The notes under the pieces are model-generated. The model saw only the letters and a program-made list of their open reading frames with translations. It searched no databases and was not told the DNA's origin. A stretch of DNA of 49,593 bases, counting the filler, from Catajapyx aquilonaris (lineage: Eukaryota): assembly GCA_000934665.2 (NCBI GenBank). It is 3 parts of 3 records of this genome, joined end to end, with 100 filler letters (N's around TTAATTAATTAA, not from the genome) between each part and the next. Parts side by side here need not be neighbours in the genome. Positions count along the whole stretch, not along the records: positions 16,566 to 33,033 come from JYFJ02007195.1; positions 33,134 to 49,593 come from JYFJ02007196.1; 1 more part is not named here. One strand, 5' to 3'. A program made the position numbers and the translations under genes. Position 1 is the first letter of the stretch. Each line of letters starts with the position of its first letter. This document shows positions 23,089 through 35,695 of the stretch, in pieces.

Positions 23089-23924
23089 CGAGGGAACCTC
23101 TCGAAGTGTCACTCGAAGTTCAAGGTGAAATATTTTTTTTTCTTCGGGTTCCTTATCAGCTAGAAGGACAACACCCTTCTGGAGAAATCCTCGATCTCAA
23201 GCGTTTTCGAGATGCAGGGGTCAAAAGGTCAAGAATTCCTCACTCTATGAAGGCCCTGAGGAAACTATCATTAGTGCTATCGGCGAGATTTTTGGGATCT
23301 AGAGGTTTCTTGGGATGGGGATTACAGTGGCATAACCGAAAATCATGAATTATGCACATGAAGGGTACTTCTCAGGGAAGGGGGAGGGAGGTGGGGGGAC
23401 AAAAATTACTATAAACAGTATATTCTACTCCTTACGTCTTTAGACAGCACTGACTGGACACCCAAGTTGGTGAATTTCATTAACTATATCATGTAAACAT
23501 GAATTATGTAGAATTTCTGAAGCACTCCTGTTGACGAAATTCACCAACTTGGGTGTGCAGTCAGTGCTGTCTAAAGACGTAAGGAGTAGAATATACTTAG
23601 TTAGTTTATAGTAATTTTTGTCCCCCCACCTCCCACCCCCTTCCCTGAGAAGTACCCTTCATGTGCATAATTCATGATTTTCGGTTATGCCACTGTATTC
23701 CCTATCCCAAGAAACCTCTAGATCCCAAAAATCTCGCCGATAGCACTAATGATAGTTTCCTCAGGGCCTTCATAAAGTGGGGCATTCTTGACCTTTTGAC
23801 CCCTGCATCTCGAAAACGCTTGAGATCGAGGATTTCTCCAGAAGGGTGTTGTCCTTCTAGCTGATAAGGAACCCGAAAAAATATTTCACCTTGAACTTCG
23901 AGGACACTTCGAGAGGTTCCCTTG
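23089..23924. mobile_element. Foldback-type non-autonomous DNA element, 836 bp, ~395-bp inverted arms, ~46-bp spacer, 3-bp TSD TCA
   Basis: Termini C(G/A)AGGGAACCTCTCGAAGTGTC on both arms, with TCA immediately outside both ends. The second copy ending at 16820 confirms the terminus. Confidence 0.9.
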
Positions 23925-26900
23925 TCAGAGTAACTGCCTATTAGGCACGGTTTCTTTGGCATGTGGTTGACATTTTTGGTTGTAATAAGGTCACGTCCTT
24001 ATGAGTGAAACCGCATATGGCACAGGTTGCTTACGAACAGGTCAAAGGTGAGTGTCATAGCGGATAATGTTACTATCTGCTGAAGTTGATTTTCCACGAT
24101 TTATCTCGAAGGTGTGAATATACTGTATTTACGATGAATGCTTGTGACAGGCAAAACCATTTTGCCTGATATGGCACTCGTTTTTTCGACGTTCTCTGCC
24201 ACTATACCTTCCACACTCTTAACCTGCGAAAAGGTCAAACATGGTATCGTTCCCTTAACATATATCCTATGGATAAGGTCTACTTCACAACTTATCTCGA
24301 ATGGTGAAACTGAAAATCGAGCATTAAGTTATCCACAATCCTTCTTGGAAACATCCGGTGTCTGGCTATTGGTAACCTGCGCGAATCCTTGGCTCGAACC
24401 TATTTTTTTCAGGGCTATATAGTACAGTATATGGTAAACTGAAACAACCACATGTTGAAACAGCAACTACCACGGGGTAACATTGGACCATTGTTCATAT
24501 CAACAGTCATTGCATATCATAAAGTATGTTAATTTCAACAAAACAAAAAAAATACTTGGCTAAAGATAGGACAGGTCGGAATATGGCGAGTGGTTGGGCT
24601 GATGCGTATATCGCATTTTCATATCAGCTTTATAACCACTATATGAAGAATGGTGATGAGCTGAGTGATCTGTGACGCCTTTTGTTACATTGTCCCAATT
24701 ATAATTTTGGGGACTGGGCTGCGTATTATTGGCCTCGTCGAGTCGGACGCCCATTTCGGTTTGGGCGGGCCAATGCCTTGTAGAGTGACTGGGGCAGAAG
24801 AGAGAAGACCACACCTGTACTTCAAAGAGGATAAGGATCGACCCAATAGGTACTGCAGCCCAAGTTCCCACTGTTGAGGGTAATAATACAAGGTCTTCTT
24901 CCAGCAGACGAGAGATTCTTCCACCAGGATCCGTTGGGCTTTCATCACCAGGCTGTCGGTCGATCTGTGGCTTTGCAGCGCAGTTCACCATTCTTTCCAA
25001 AGCACACCTAGCCCTCTCCTTCCTTCCTTCCTTCCTTCTTTCCCGGCGGGAGTAACTATGACTGAATGACTCTCCTGCGGGAGTTATAGACTGCTGGGGG
25101 CTGCCCCAGTTGGTCAGGTCAACGTTACAGGTCGAGACGCCTCCTCGTGGCGACCGCTGGACGCCCTTGGCTGGGGACGGGATGTACCTTCGGGTCCTCC
25201 TCTCTCCAGTCGAGGGTGACTAAGAGCTCGATCAAAACAGGGGGGGAATACCACGGAGGGCTAAGCGGGGCTGCAAAACTGGGGGTATGCTTGTCTCCTG
25301 GGGGAGTAGCGGCCGTCCCACCAAGGTGCAGGTTATCCTGACACTGGATGGCTACCTTTCAATCTCTCTTGCTCTCACGGACAGATGACTTCCAGGATAA
25401 ACTACTCACTTCAATCGCACAGTGCACGTGTGATTCTGGCGATGAAGACCGTTGAGTGGCATCGTAGATAAGGAAATCATGGCAAATTAACTATTTACTT
25501 TTATGAGCATAATTTGCGTATAATAAAAATATATAAAAAAGTAGCGTATTAAAGTTTACCAATGGTGTGTATGCAATTTTGATATGGACTGTATATTAGA
25601 AGTGCACTTTAATAATGCGCCAATTACAGCTGTTGCAACCACGTAAAGTCAACAATGCCTTCAACAATGCCAACAACTAAACCAACAATTACCCCACAAC
25701 CTACCATTTTCTAAAATATTCAGACATTAATTTTGTCTAGTTTGATGACAGAGATGTCCAGTTCTTGTGTCCGGACGATCTGCACTGGCTGCCGAAGCAC
25801 AAGGATGAACAACTTGCCATCACAGCCAAGCATGCGTGTGTCCCAAGAAGATCCGCCCTGATGATTATGCCACTTAACTGATTGTAACCAAGTCTTTCAG
25901 ATTTTGGCCGGCATTGTTCTGGTGTAAGGGGTTACTCCCCATATTTTGTATAATTAAACCCAATAATGAGTTGGTTTATCACATTAACACTGGGTTGCTT
26001 CACAATCAAAAACCTGCGTTCCTCAACAACTTACAGAGGTCTTCCCAGATAATCCGGAAGGGTCCTGACAAAAGGAACGCAATGAGATGGTAAGTATAGC
26101 TGCAGCGGGGGAGACGCATAGAGTAATAAATATAATTCCTGTTGGTTGATTTGTTATATAATTATTGTCCGCGGCTGTAATTCGAATCAAAAATTCAGAA
26201 ATTATTAATAATAATAATAATAATTTTTTAAAAAATAATTGACGTCGCTTTCAGGAAGGACGTTTCAGTAGCCTACTACACAATAGGTATTGCCAAACTC
26301 ATTTTTGAACATTATGACTGATCGTTTTGCATTTCAAATCGGTCCCAAGAGTATGGGTATTTGATTTGAATGCATATCTTCTCATTCTGCGTGCAGGAAC
26401 CACTTGCATTCCACTAGAGACGAAAAAGAGAAACATCTTTGCCCGTGAAGACCCAGCGAGGCGGTTTTCTGGAAAAGGGAAGTAATTAATTTTGCATGCA
26501 GGGTAATTTTCTGGGTAGCGGCTCTTCACCAGAACAACTTGAGGCCACAATTTCGGGACATTTATTAAGGCTGACACGTGACTCGAGGTGGATTTGGCAT
26601 ATTCACAGCCCTCTTGGGTGGTTGGGATTCCACGCCTTTGCAAGGATGAGCCTAATGCACTGTTTTCATCCCCCCCCCATTTCGAAACTAATGCCATTCA
26701 TGGCACAATTGGCTTGCCAAAATAGGGGACTATTTTGCGAAACGCAACTTGCGCCACGGTCTCTGCTACGGAATGAAAACCAGGCTGTTGCAATATATCC
26801 AAATCATTTATTGTGGGTGCAATGCATAACCACACTTGTAATGACGATCTAAAAATATAATAACAAACAATTGGCTCAAAAATAAGCAGTTGCAGAAAAC

Positions 26901-27042
26901 GTCATCGGTTGATTTGAAAAATATGAAACCTTGTGCAGAAAACTTTTTTTATAGCATAAATATTTCCGATGGGGGGAAGAACCGGAGCTGAACCTCATGG
27001 GAAATAACTGTTAGGAAAATAATGTAAGTAATAGATATTGGT

Positions 27043-28564
27043 ATTTCCTGGTAATTAATAACTCTCGCAATAACGCATCATACTTTAATTTACGTTTACT
27101 TCCCACAACAGGCGCATGTTGCTAGGCCAACATAACACATACGCATGGAGTACCGGAACCTCGTAGGTGTGTTCTTATAATGCCATGATAATGCCTACGC
27201 AATAATGCAATTTTTTGAGAGACCCTGGCACGTTATGGACATTTGGAAAGGTGCACTAACGAGAAAGTGCGTTTTTAAGATTGGCACAAGTTGACAGACC
27301 TATTCTGCCAATGAAACTTGACACTTTATTTAATTGGTGATTTATGGGCCTGTTTCACTGGATATTTTCAACTATAGAATGTAATTTTGTCGCAATTTTT
27401 GGCTTGAACTGTAACTATAAGCTACATAATTTGGATGTCCAGTTTTGTTGTCAGGACCTTGATGGATGTGATAACTTTTGTCATAGTTGTTTATGCCTTA
27501 TTTTTGTAAGGGAAATTTCATTATCATTAACATACTTGTGGGGATGAAATTACCACTAATCAATAACATTGATAAATATACAAATTTCTCACATGGAGGC
27601 AGTAATGCGATAACAGCACTGGCACAGACAACACTGGTTCATTATAGGGTGGGTGGGAAGTAAGTAGGCACTGGGAAATGGCTGTAACTTCTACAGATTT
27701 AATGCGAAGATAATGAAAATAACGTGTACATACACGTCACGAAATAGGATTCCATAATTCGCGCTTCGGAGGTGTGGTCAGTGGCCGAGAGAGGCACGCA
27801 TTGGAAAAAAAGATGGCCGACAGTCTGACTGTTCCGGAGCGATCTCAGATTATTGCTGCACGTATGAGGTGTGGGATTCGGCGATTGCTGTGCAGAGATG
27901 GTGGCGTTCGGTGCGGAGAAGAAATGCCACATTGCGTCCGGAGACAGTCAAGAAGTGTCATGCAAAACTTGTGACCACAGGTTCGGTTGCGGACATCCAC
28001 AGAAGTGGCTGTCCATCCACTTCCCAATCCAAGGAGAAACTTCTGCGGATGTCTGCAACCGAACCTGTGGTCACAAGTTTTGCATGACACTTCTTGACTG
28101 TCTCCGGACGCAATGTGGCACTTCTTCTCCGCACCGAACGCCACCATCTCTGCACAGCAATCACCGAATCCCACACCTCATACATGCAGCAATAATCTGA
28201 GCTCGCTCCGGAACAGTCAGACGGTCGGCCATCTTTTTTTCCAATGCGTGTGCCGCCTCTCTCGGCCACTGACCACACCTCCGAAGCGCGAATTATGAAA
28301 TCCTATTTCGTGACGTGTATGTACACGTTATTTTCATTATCTTCGCATTAAAACTATAGAAGTTACAGCCATTTCCCAGTGCCTACTTACTTCCCACCCA
28401 CCCTATTAAAGTAACCTTACAACTCACTGAACTACTACAATAAATCGGCCATTAAACACCACAGGTGTTACAAAAGATTATTTAAAAACGTAGTCGTAGA
28501 GCAATCATGAGAGCCGTTTCTAAATTATAACCGGCATTGCGAGAATTGTTGATTACCAGGAAAT
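27043..28564. mobile_element. Older putative TIR element (29-bp inverted repeats) hosting the mariner foldback
   Basis: ATTTCCTGGTAATTAATAACTCTCGCAAT (27043-27071) matches the reverse complement of 28536-28564 at 26/29. No TSD seen. Confidence 0.45.
27644..28406. mobile_element. Palindromic non-autonomous Tc1/mariner derivative: two inverted 5' halves, each with TIR and transposase N-terminal HTH (DUF4817-like)
   Basis: Arms 27644-28006 and 28039-28406 are near-perfect reverse complements, with TA-flanked GGGTG termini. Each arm encodes MAD(S/R)LTVPER(S/A)QIIAA / YEVWDS.IAVQRWWRSVRRR.ATLRPETVKKCHAKLVTTGSVADI.RS; the left frame continues GCPSTS, like the GRP motif. Confidence 0.9.
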
Positions 28565-29364
28565 TGTTGTCCGAAGAGATAACACTGTCAGAGGGAATGA
28601 AACTGCGCATTTAAAATGATTATTTTATAAACAAACGTCTACACAGCAGAGCTCCCGAGCGGAACACCAATCCAAAGTTTGCAGAAGCACAAACACGTAA
28701 CCGAGACATTCATAACAACATCCTGAAGTGTGACTACACCAACAATGAGCATAATACGGTATAAACCCGGACATGGTGTTGTCCACGATGGGAAAATGCA
28801 TTGGTATTAGACGGTACTTTTTGCTTTTGAGTATAAAAATATCCGTTCGTGTAAGTAGTCAGAACTTTCTACTCTGTTTACATCATGCATATCACAGAAC
28901 TTAATGTCCAATCGTGTCTAATCACGCACTAAATGAGTCCGTTTTGTACACCATTTTCAAGAAACGGCTTTCCTTATAATGTCATGCCTCACGTGCCATC
29001 GCGTTGGTTCACCTCTTGCTCAACCAATGAGGATCGTCCTCGTCACGTAACGCATGACGTCAGAAGGACGCCACGTAGTGTCAATTCTGAAAACCTTGTA
29101 AAATTGGCGCCCCCTTTAGGAGACCTGCAAAAGTCGTAGCCAGATACTACAGTCAGTTCACTTTTGTCACAGCAACTTCATGTAGTCCACTGGGGATTAG
29201 AGGTACTTGTAATGTGTACGATGCTCTTCTTTGCATGTACACACTCGTCTGACTCAATATGAGCAGTGACTTGGTGGGTAAACGGGATATTGGGAGGGGA
29301 TGGAGATAGAAAAAGAAACAAAAATAAAAGAATAACCCGTAGACACCTCCAGTGATTTGGTATT

Positions 29365-30673
29365 CTACCACACTGGATCTTCTTCGCCGTCCACAAACGA
29401 CACGTTGGATCTGCACAGTGTCCTTCCTTTGTAATCGGTAATTGGTATCACCTCTTCGTATGGAGGCACTCCTGATAACTTCATGGCGTCTCGGATCTGA
29501 AGACAGACATTCACATTAGTAGACTTACTTACATCATTCAATCACATTCGCTAAACCCAAAATTGTGTCTATATTATACAATATTTATATATTTATATCT
29601 ATATTTTGATATGTGAAAAAAGCTGAAGGCATCAACATTAGTGGCCGAATGACTCTGAATGTTCCAAGAAGCTCATAACAATAGTTGGATTGCATAACTT
29701 GAGCAGTATGAGTTACTGGCAGGAAACGTCAATTTTTAACCAAACTATATATTGTTCTCCAGTATAATTTCAAATCTAATGAGTATATATACCACTTGAA
29801 TGCCAGCTCATTTTCTTATACAGTCTACCAAGCTCCCAAGTTGAGAAAAATGTTAATGATTTTTTGCTCTGGCGAGCACCGGCTTTTGTTTGCCTTAACA
29901 TTTTGAAGGAATTTACACCAGACTTAGAGGATTTTCACCGGATCAATTCGGCAGTCGTCTTACCTGCCTTTTTCGCCTGGATAGCCATCGGATGGAAGCG
30001 CGGAAGAAAACCTCTCCCTCTCTCTTTTGAATATTTAACACCACCCAAAAATCCCACTCCAAGGGGGAGCCCAAGAACGATGTTGCACATTTATAAGGCA
30101 GTGTCACAACTGGGAAATTCCGAGCTCGAACACACATTTCTGCCAACTTTTCGCATGAAGCAAGAATTGATGAAGCGAAATTGATTTACCTTACCTTCTC
30201 TACTTCCCTGAGTACTCGGATGAGATTTAAACCAGCCAGTTTCTTCAAATCCTCCCTGGACCAATCGCCGTTCTTCAGTAGCTCCGCAAATAAGTTGGGA
30301 TATTGCGAGACGTCTTCTAATCCTAAAGGAGTGCTGAAATCGATCGAAAGACTGCCTTTACAAACGAGTTTGTCTCCACCAACCGCGACGGCCGATTACT
30401 ACCATTTGCTTTGTATGTTCGACGACATCATTTCCTCCTCACATGCATTACCTGTTAATCCCGTCGAAATCGCCTCCAATTCCGACGTGGTCTATTCCAA
30501 CCCTGTTCCGAATGTATGTCACGTGCTCTGAAATGATGAAAGGTATCAGCCCGACTGAATTGCAGCCGTTGATAGCGTGTCTCACCTGCTACGTCTTCCA
30601 CGGTTGCCTTGGGTCCGCAGCGGATGAAGTAGGTGAAAAAGGTGACCATCACGATGCCGTCGTTCCAGGCTTT
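29365..30673 (-). CDS. Membrane dipeptidase (peptidase M19, DPEP-like), last four exons: 30673-30586, 30527-30452, 30333-30195, 29496-29365
   Basis: Spliced translation [106 protein letters not shown]...[16 protein letters not shown]. Canonical GT-AG sites with matching phases. Upstream exons were not found in the window. Confidence 0.93.
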
Positions 30674-31309
30674 CTGAGGAGAGAACCAAAAAGAAGTCTT
30701 AGTATCGGGATGATTTGCATTCAGCTTTTAGATACTCTCAGCTCCACTAGCATTTCGTTCCCGTTTTGGAGTCTGTGAATAAAGGGAAAGTCGAAGTGAG
30801 TGACAGCCAGGTACACTTAATGATTAGTGAATCAGCCGAATTTAAAGTGTTGTTGTATGAATGTCTGTCGAAAATGTCGATCTACTGCAATAACACTAAT
30901 TATTCTCACTATTTTGGGCATTACTGTACCTCATTTCCGGAATAAGGGTTATTACTTCAGTTTGCTGTAGCCTAAGTGAAAGAACCATGGTTCGAGCTAA
31001 ACCCATCATTTTGAGAAGCATTATGTCTTGTGCTCTACTCTTAGCATATGAATGTAGTAACCTCAATGATGCTCTATAGGTCGATTTCTTCTAGAGAACC
31101 TACGAGTATTTCCGGGTTTTATAAAAATATTTGCATTTTGTCATCGGTATTATTGTTTTATTCCCAATATCAAACAGTTTTAAAAAAAGAGAAATCTATC
31201 GCTTTTGTTGTCATAGCAATTCCTGTCCATCTGAAACATCGTGGGTAACCTTTTCAGATAATTTTGTCGACATCTCTAAACTTTCCTCTGTTCCTGAACT
31301 TCAAATGGG

Positions 31310-31348
31310 ACACTCATAAATTTACAGCCGCTGTAAATTTATGAGTGT
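31310..31348. repeat. Perfect 39-bp palindrome (19-bp arms, 1-nt spacer)
   Basis: ACACTCATAAATTTACAGC-C-GCTGTAAATTTATGAGTGT. Confidence 0.95.
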
Positions 31349-33033
31349 AGAAGCGATTCAGAAAAATTTCCGGATTTGAACTAGTTTTTAAATATTGTAG
31401 TAACTATTTAATCCCTTTGAATTTACGACTCTGGCATCCATTTGAAATCAACGTCACATTATTTGTGCTCCAACTTTTTTTGAACCAGAATCTGGCTGAA
31501 AACTACCCGGACATCTGCGATTATTGCGGCCAGGCCGTAATTATTGAATAAAATTGCCCCGTTAAAAATGCCAACACACCGAGTCCAGGGTCTGCAAGCC
31601 ACGAGGTTTCAAACCCATGACAAATGAGACCGAAATGTAGCGGATAAGGGAAAGGGCGGGGAGGACGGAGTGGGGAGGAGGGGAGGGTGCTATTGGAAAA
31701 AGCATGGAAAGCGATGAAACAACTACCGCGGCAGAAATTTGATTTCACGTGCTTGTTGCAGCGGAGTATAGTAATGGGGGCCCCCATCAAATTAACGCTG
31801 TTCACAACGCTACTCTATAATGGACATGAGGTAGGAGAAGGGGGGGGTAGGGGGTGGTAGGGAGAAGAAAAAGAGAGCAATCTGGTACTACCCGTGCCTG
31901 ATGCTTTGTTCACGAGAAGAGACTCGGGGTGGTAAATTGCGCCATCGCATTCCAACAAAGAGACATCCAAATCCACTCTTCATGTCTTTAACCCAGCTCT
32001 TCTAACGTGGTGTTTGCAGATCAAAAGCCATCCCTCTGACTCCTCTTCAGAAAGGGATTGGAGGAGGAAGTGGTTAAGGCCTTGATTGCCAACTTTGTGA
32101 CGAGACTGCTATGCTTTGGATTTTACCATTGGTACGTTGGCTGTGCAATAGGGTGATGACATTAATGGATGGCGAAATATTAGTTACAGAAGCTTTGGCT
32201 CAAGAACAATGTGGTCGGATTTCTGCAATTTCGGTGTAATCTTGAAAGTTAAAACTGTGGAGAAACACAAATGCATCTCTCTCGTTTTATCCTACAATGC
32301 GTATTGTATAGTGGAACTATTTTGACAGATAATAATAAAAAGGGGGGAAAAAAATTTCAGCAAATCTTTGTGCAACTATCAGCCTTGCAATTCTTTAGAA
32401 GCTAAGTGTATTGTAATTTTCATAAAGGTTGAGGGCATTATCAGAGTTCGATAAGCTTATTTTCTACAATAGCTCGATAAATAGTTAACTAGAGGGATTA
32501 GGTACCGTACTAAAATAGATACAAAAGCTGGACGAAATAAAGAGAACCCTGTATAACTTTGGTCTGGGCCGCCGTCAATAGAGATAATATTTAGCAAAAT
32601 GGATACTGCTGTACACGTTGCAAAGTCAATATTATTGCAAAGTTTCAAGGGCCAAAGTCAATAAGAGAAGCAAGAAAAAAACTCGCATTAAAAAATCTAT
32701 TCGTCAATAAAAGAGGAACTTGCGCTTAGTTTTATGCTACTGTACATAGGTTTGCTTGTGAGACTGTGTAGTGCAGTGCCATGGATGTGGAGGCATTCAC
32801 ATTGTGTATTCGTATACATAACGAGAGATTTTCCATGAATTGCGTTTACCAGTATACAGGGTGGTCAAACTTTTTTGTCGTTTTAGTTATTGACAAATTC
32901 GGCCTAAGCTGCTTATATTGTAGCCCGTTACCTGGCAACCCCGTCCGGCGGGCCAATTCGAACATCAGCCCATGGAGAGCGCTTCCATTGTTGCCACTGT
33001 TTACAAATCGAGTGAGTGAGTGCGCAGGCAGAA

Positions 33034-33133
33034 NNNNNNNNNNNNNNNNNNNNNNNNNNNNNNNNNNNNNNNNNNNNTTAATTAATTAANNNNNNNNNNN
33101 NNNNNNNNNNNNNNNNNNNNNNNNNNNNNNNNN
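33034..33133. other. Artificial assembly linker (N44-TTAATTAATTAA-N44)
   Basis: Same 100-bp spacer as 16466-16565. Confidence 0.97.
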
Positions 33134-35489
33134 AAAGACAGGCGTGTATCCGCTGAAGGATAGGCGTCTATCCGCAAGGAAGGAAAGTTAGGTCATGGGG
33201 GTAGGTTGGTGCAGCGTGCCCCTACCCTTGCCAAATTGCCCTTGCCAAATACCCTTGCGAAAGAGGAGACAGGACAAAACTGAATGGGAGTTTCACATTT
33301 TCATCTCATACTATTAGGACCAACTTTCACTAAGAATCACTTGTAAAAAGATGCTGGAAGGGATCATTTTAGAATTTCCCTCAATAATTCATAACTAAAC
33401 TAATACTCAAGTTACAAGCCAGGCTTGCGTGGAAAAGATAACACTGCTGATATCGACTACCATGCAGATACGGATAAGCGAGAAAAACTCGTGCCGCATT
33501 GTTTGCACCAACATTCCTCCAACACACAACAATTCACCTTGCTATAGTTCTGCAAGACACGTTTGTAGTTCGCACAAAACTTTCTTCGGCATATATGGAC
33601 GATGACCCCTTACCATCCCCAAAAACGGAGCGAATTCGAATCTACTTGTCATAAAAGTTGTCGACCCTTTTATCCTCAGGCTTCCAAGTTTTTCGTCAGC
33701 TACCAAAAGTGCGGCAACCTTGCAAAAAAAAACCCTCTGACACTTGTGCTGGACGGGGGAAAAAAAAGCGCAATCGTGTCAAGTAGCTGCCATTTTGCAG
33801 GCAAAGGTGCTCGCTTGTATGAAAAGCAAGGGGGAGGAGTTGAGCAAAAGTGAAAGCGGAGAAGGTGTACACACGCTGCAGGGGAAAATTGCTTCACCCG
33901 CCTACCCCATCAGAGAGTGCTCGGGCCGGATGCAAATAATCTCGGTTTACCTGGGCTGTATGGAAGCGACGCAGCTACTCCAAAAACTCCCTTGCAGAGG
34001 AACGAACCTATGCAGGGATACGCAGAAGCCATTTTGGACAAAGGCAGGCTCAATTTAGCGTGTTTAGTACTGAGTTAAGTCCACGTCAATGATTTACATA
34101 CAAGACGGACGACATATGGGATTCAATAAAAAGGCTCGGCTGTACAAACTTCCACAATATTTCGGCCTATAAGCAGCCAATGGGTACAGTAGTTCAATCT
34201 ATACAATGCAACACTGCATATATGATTTATTTTAACGAGCGAGCGTGCAGGGTTTGCAAACAACCACGTATTCCTGCTACAATGTACCTTTGTGTCATTC
34301 CTGGCTCATATTAATTGCGGTTGTTACGGTTAAGCCCAACCGTCACTTGGTTTGGTAACAACGGCGCAATTAATTCATAATTTTTACAGCAAACTTTGAT
34401 CCGGCTCACGGCCCCCGGAACGTCAGCGTCATTGCTATAGTTTAAATTCGGAAAATACGGATAGCTCCCGGATTTCTAACCGGTGCTGTGCAAAGGGGGT
34501 AATAACTAATAAGCCTCTCAGTCGCACAGCCCAGCTGGTGCGGGAGTAATTGGTTTTAAATTACTCTGATCAGGTGTCCAAGTGTGCACCTGCTGCACAG
34601 TTGGAGAATCCGATACTTCTGATGTCATTTAATTGAATCAATTTGCATCGCTGCAGGTAGACCGTGAACCCTGTCTTTGTTAAATTTAACTTCAGTTCAT
34701 CGACGCAAATTAAGGAGAAAATCTTTGAGTTCTGTAGGATGAAGATGCAATTGGGGATTTTCCATAATCATGTATAGAATTGTGACTCTGTCCGCAGTAG
34801 TGTGAGAGATTTGGTACTACGTCAATGGCAGGTTTTGGCAAATAATCAGGACTCAATTGTTTGCATTATGTATTGCGTCTATAATTGAAGTTAGGGTCAT
34901 ACTCCCCTTTTGGGATGTCCAGAGATTGTGTGGGCCTCGTCCAGCCCATGGGGGGGCCCCGACAATCAACTCAGGTTTGCCAACAGGGAGGAAAAAGGAA
35001 ATTAACAACTTACCCCCCCTTCCCAAACAACGGTTCCACAAAATTGCAGCCTATAAACACAGGCTAGAGCTAGTAATTGTAGCCGTTTGGGATGAAGCCT
35101 TGTAACACGAGGCACAGGAAATAAATAGGGAATTACGATCGCAACAGTTTAATCGCTTAAGACTTGGTTCTCGCGCCGCATTACGTCACGGGGTTTGCTC
35201 GATAAATCCAACGGGGATCAAAATAGCTCTTTCGGAGGGAGGGAAAACTTTTCTGCACAGTTCTCAATTCAACGCCTGCAACAATAGGACGTCAAAATGA
35301 CAAAAAATGGGGAAGTTCTTAGTGCAAATTAATTCGAGGATTAATTCATTCCGGTAGACTGAAGTGAATGGAAAAGCTGTTGAATTCACGAGAGAATTGA
35401 AAACGCGCTGTGAATCAAAGTGCACGATGGAATTAATTAAAATTAACTATACAGAACTGCATTGAAGTAAATGGCGAATATCACTTACT

Positions 35490-35695
35490 ATAGTGAACCC
35501 GTTGCCAGAATTTGCAAGACCTATAAATCAGTATGACGTGACAATTAAACAATTTAATTAGGTGGCCCGCTGATTTACCGCGCAGTACTATTATTCAGTC
35601 ATAGATGGCGCATACTCGCTCTACACACTCCTGCCACCCTTATCGTGCGAGAGATAGCGATACTATCAGGACGGATAAACATCCGACGGAGATAA
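35490..35695 (+). repeat. Dispersed short repeat family, diverged copy
   Basis: TAGTGAACCCGTTGCCA ... TCATAGATGGCGC ... CTGCCAC ... TACTATCAG.ACGGATAAACA, shared with the copies at ~38090, ~40991, ~43108 and ~45945 (reverse). Confidence 0.65.

Noticed and set aside
23106..23962. Mirror-image ORFs (80 aa plus, 86 aa minus) as genes
   Set aside because: They arise from the palindromic arms, show no domain similarity, and differ by indels between copies.
29020..29065. CCAAT box plus CRE (TGACGTCA) as a promoter
   Set aside because: Short motifs with no associated gene start, lying just 3' of the dipeptidase.
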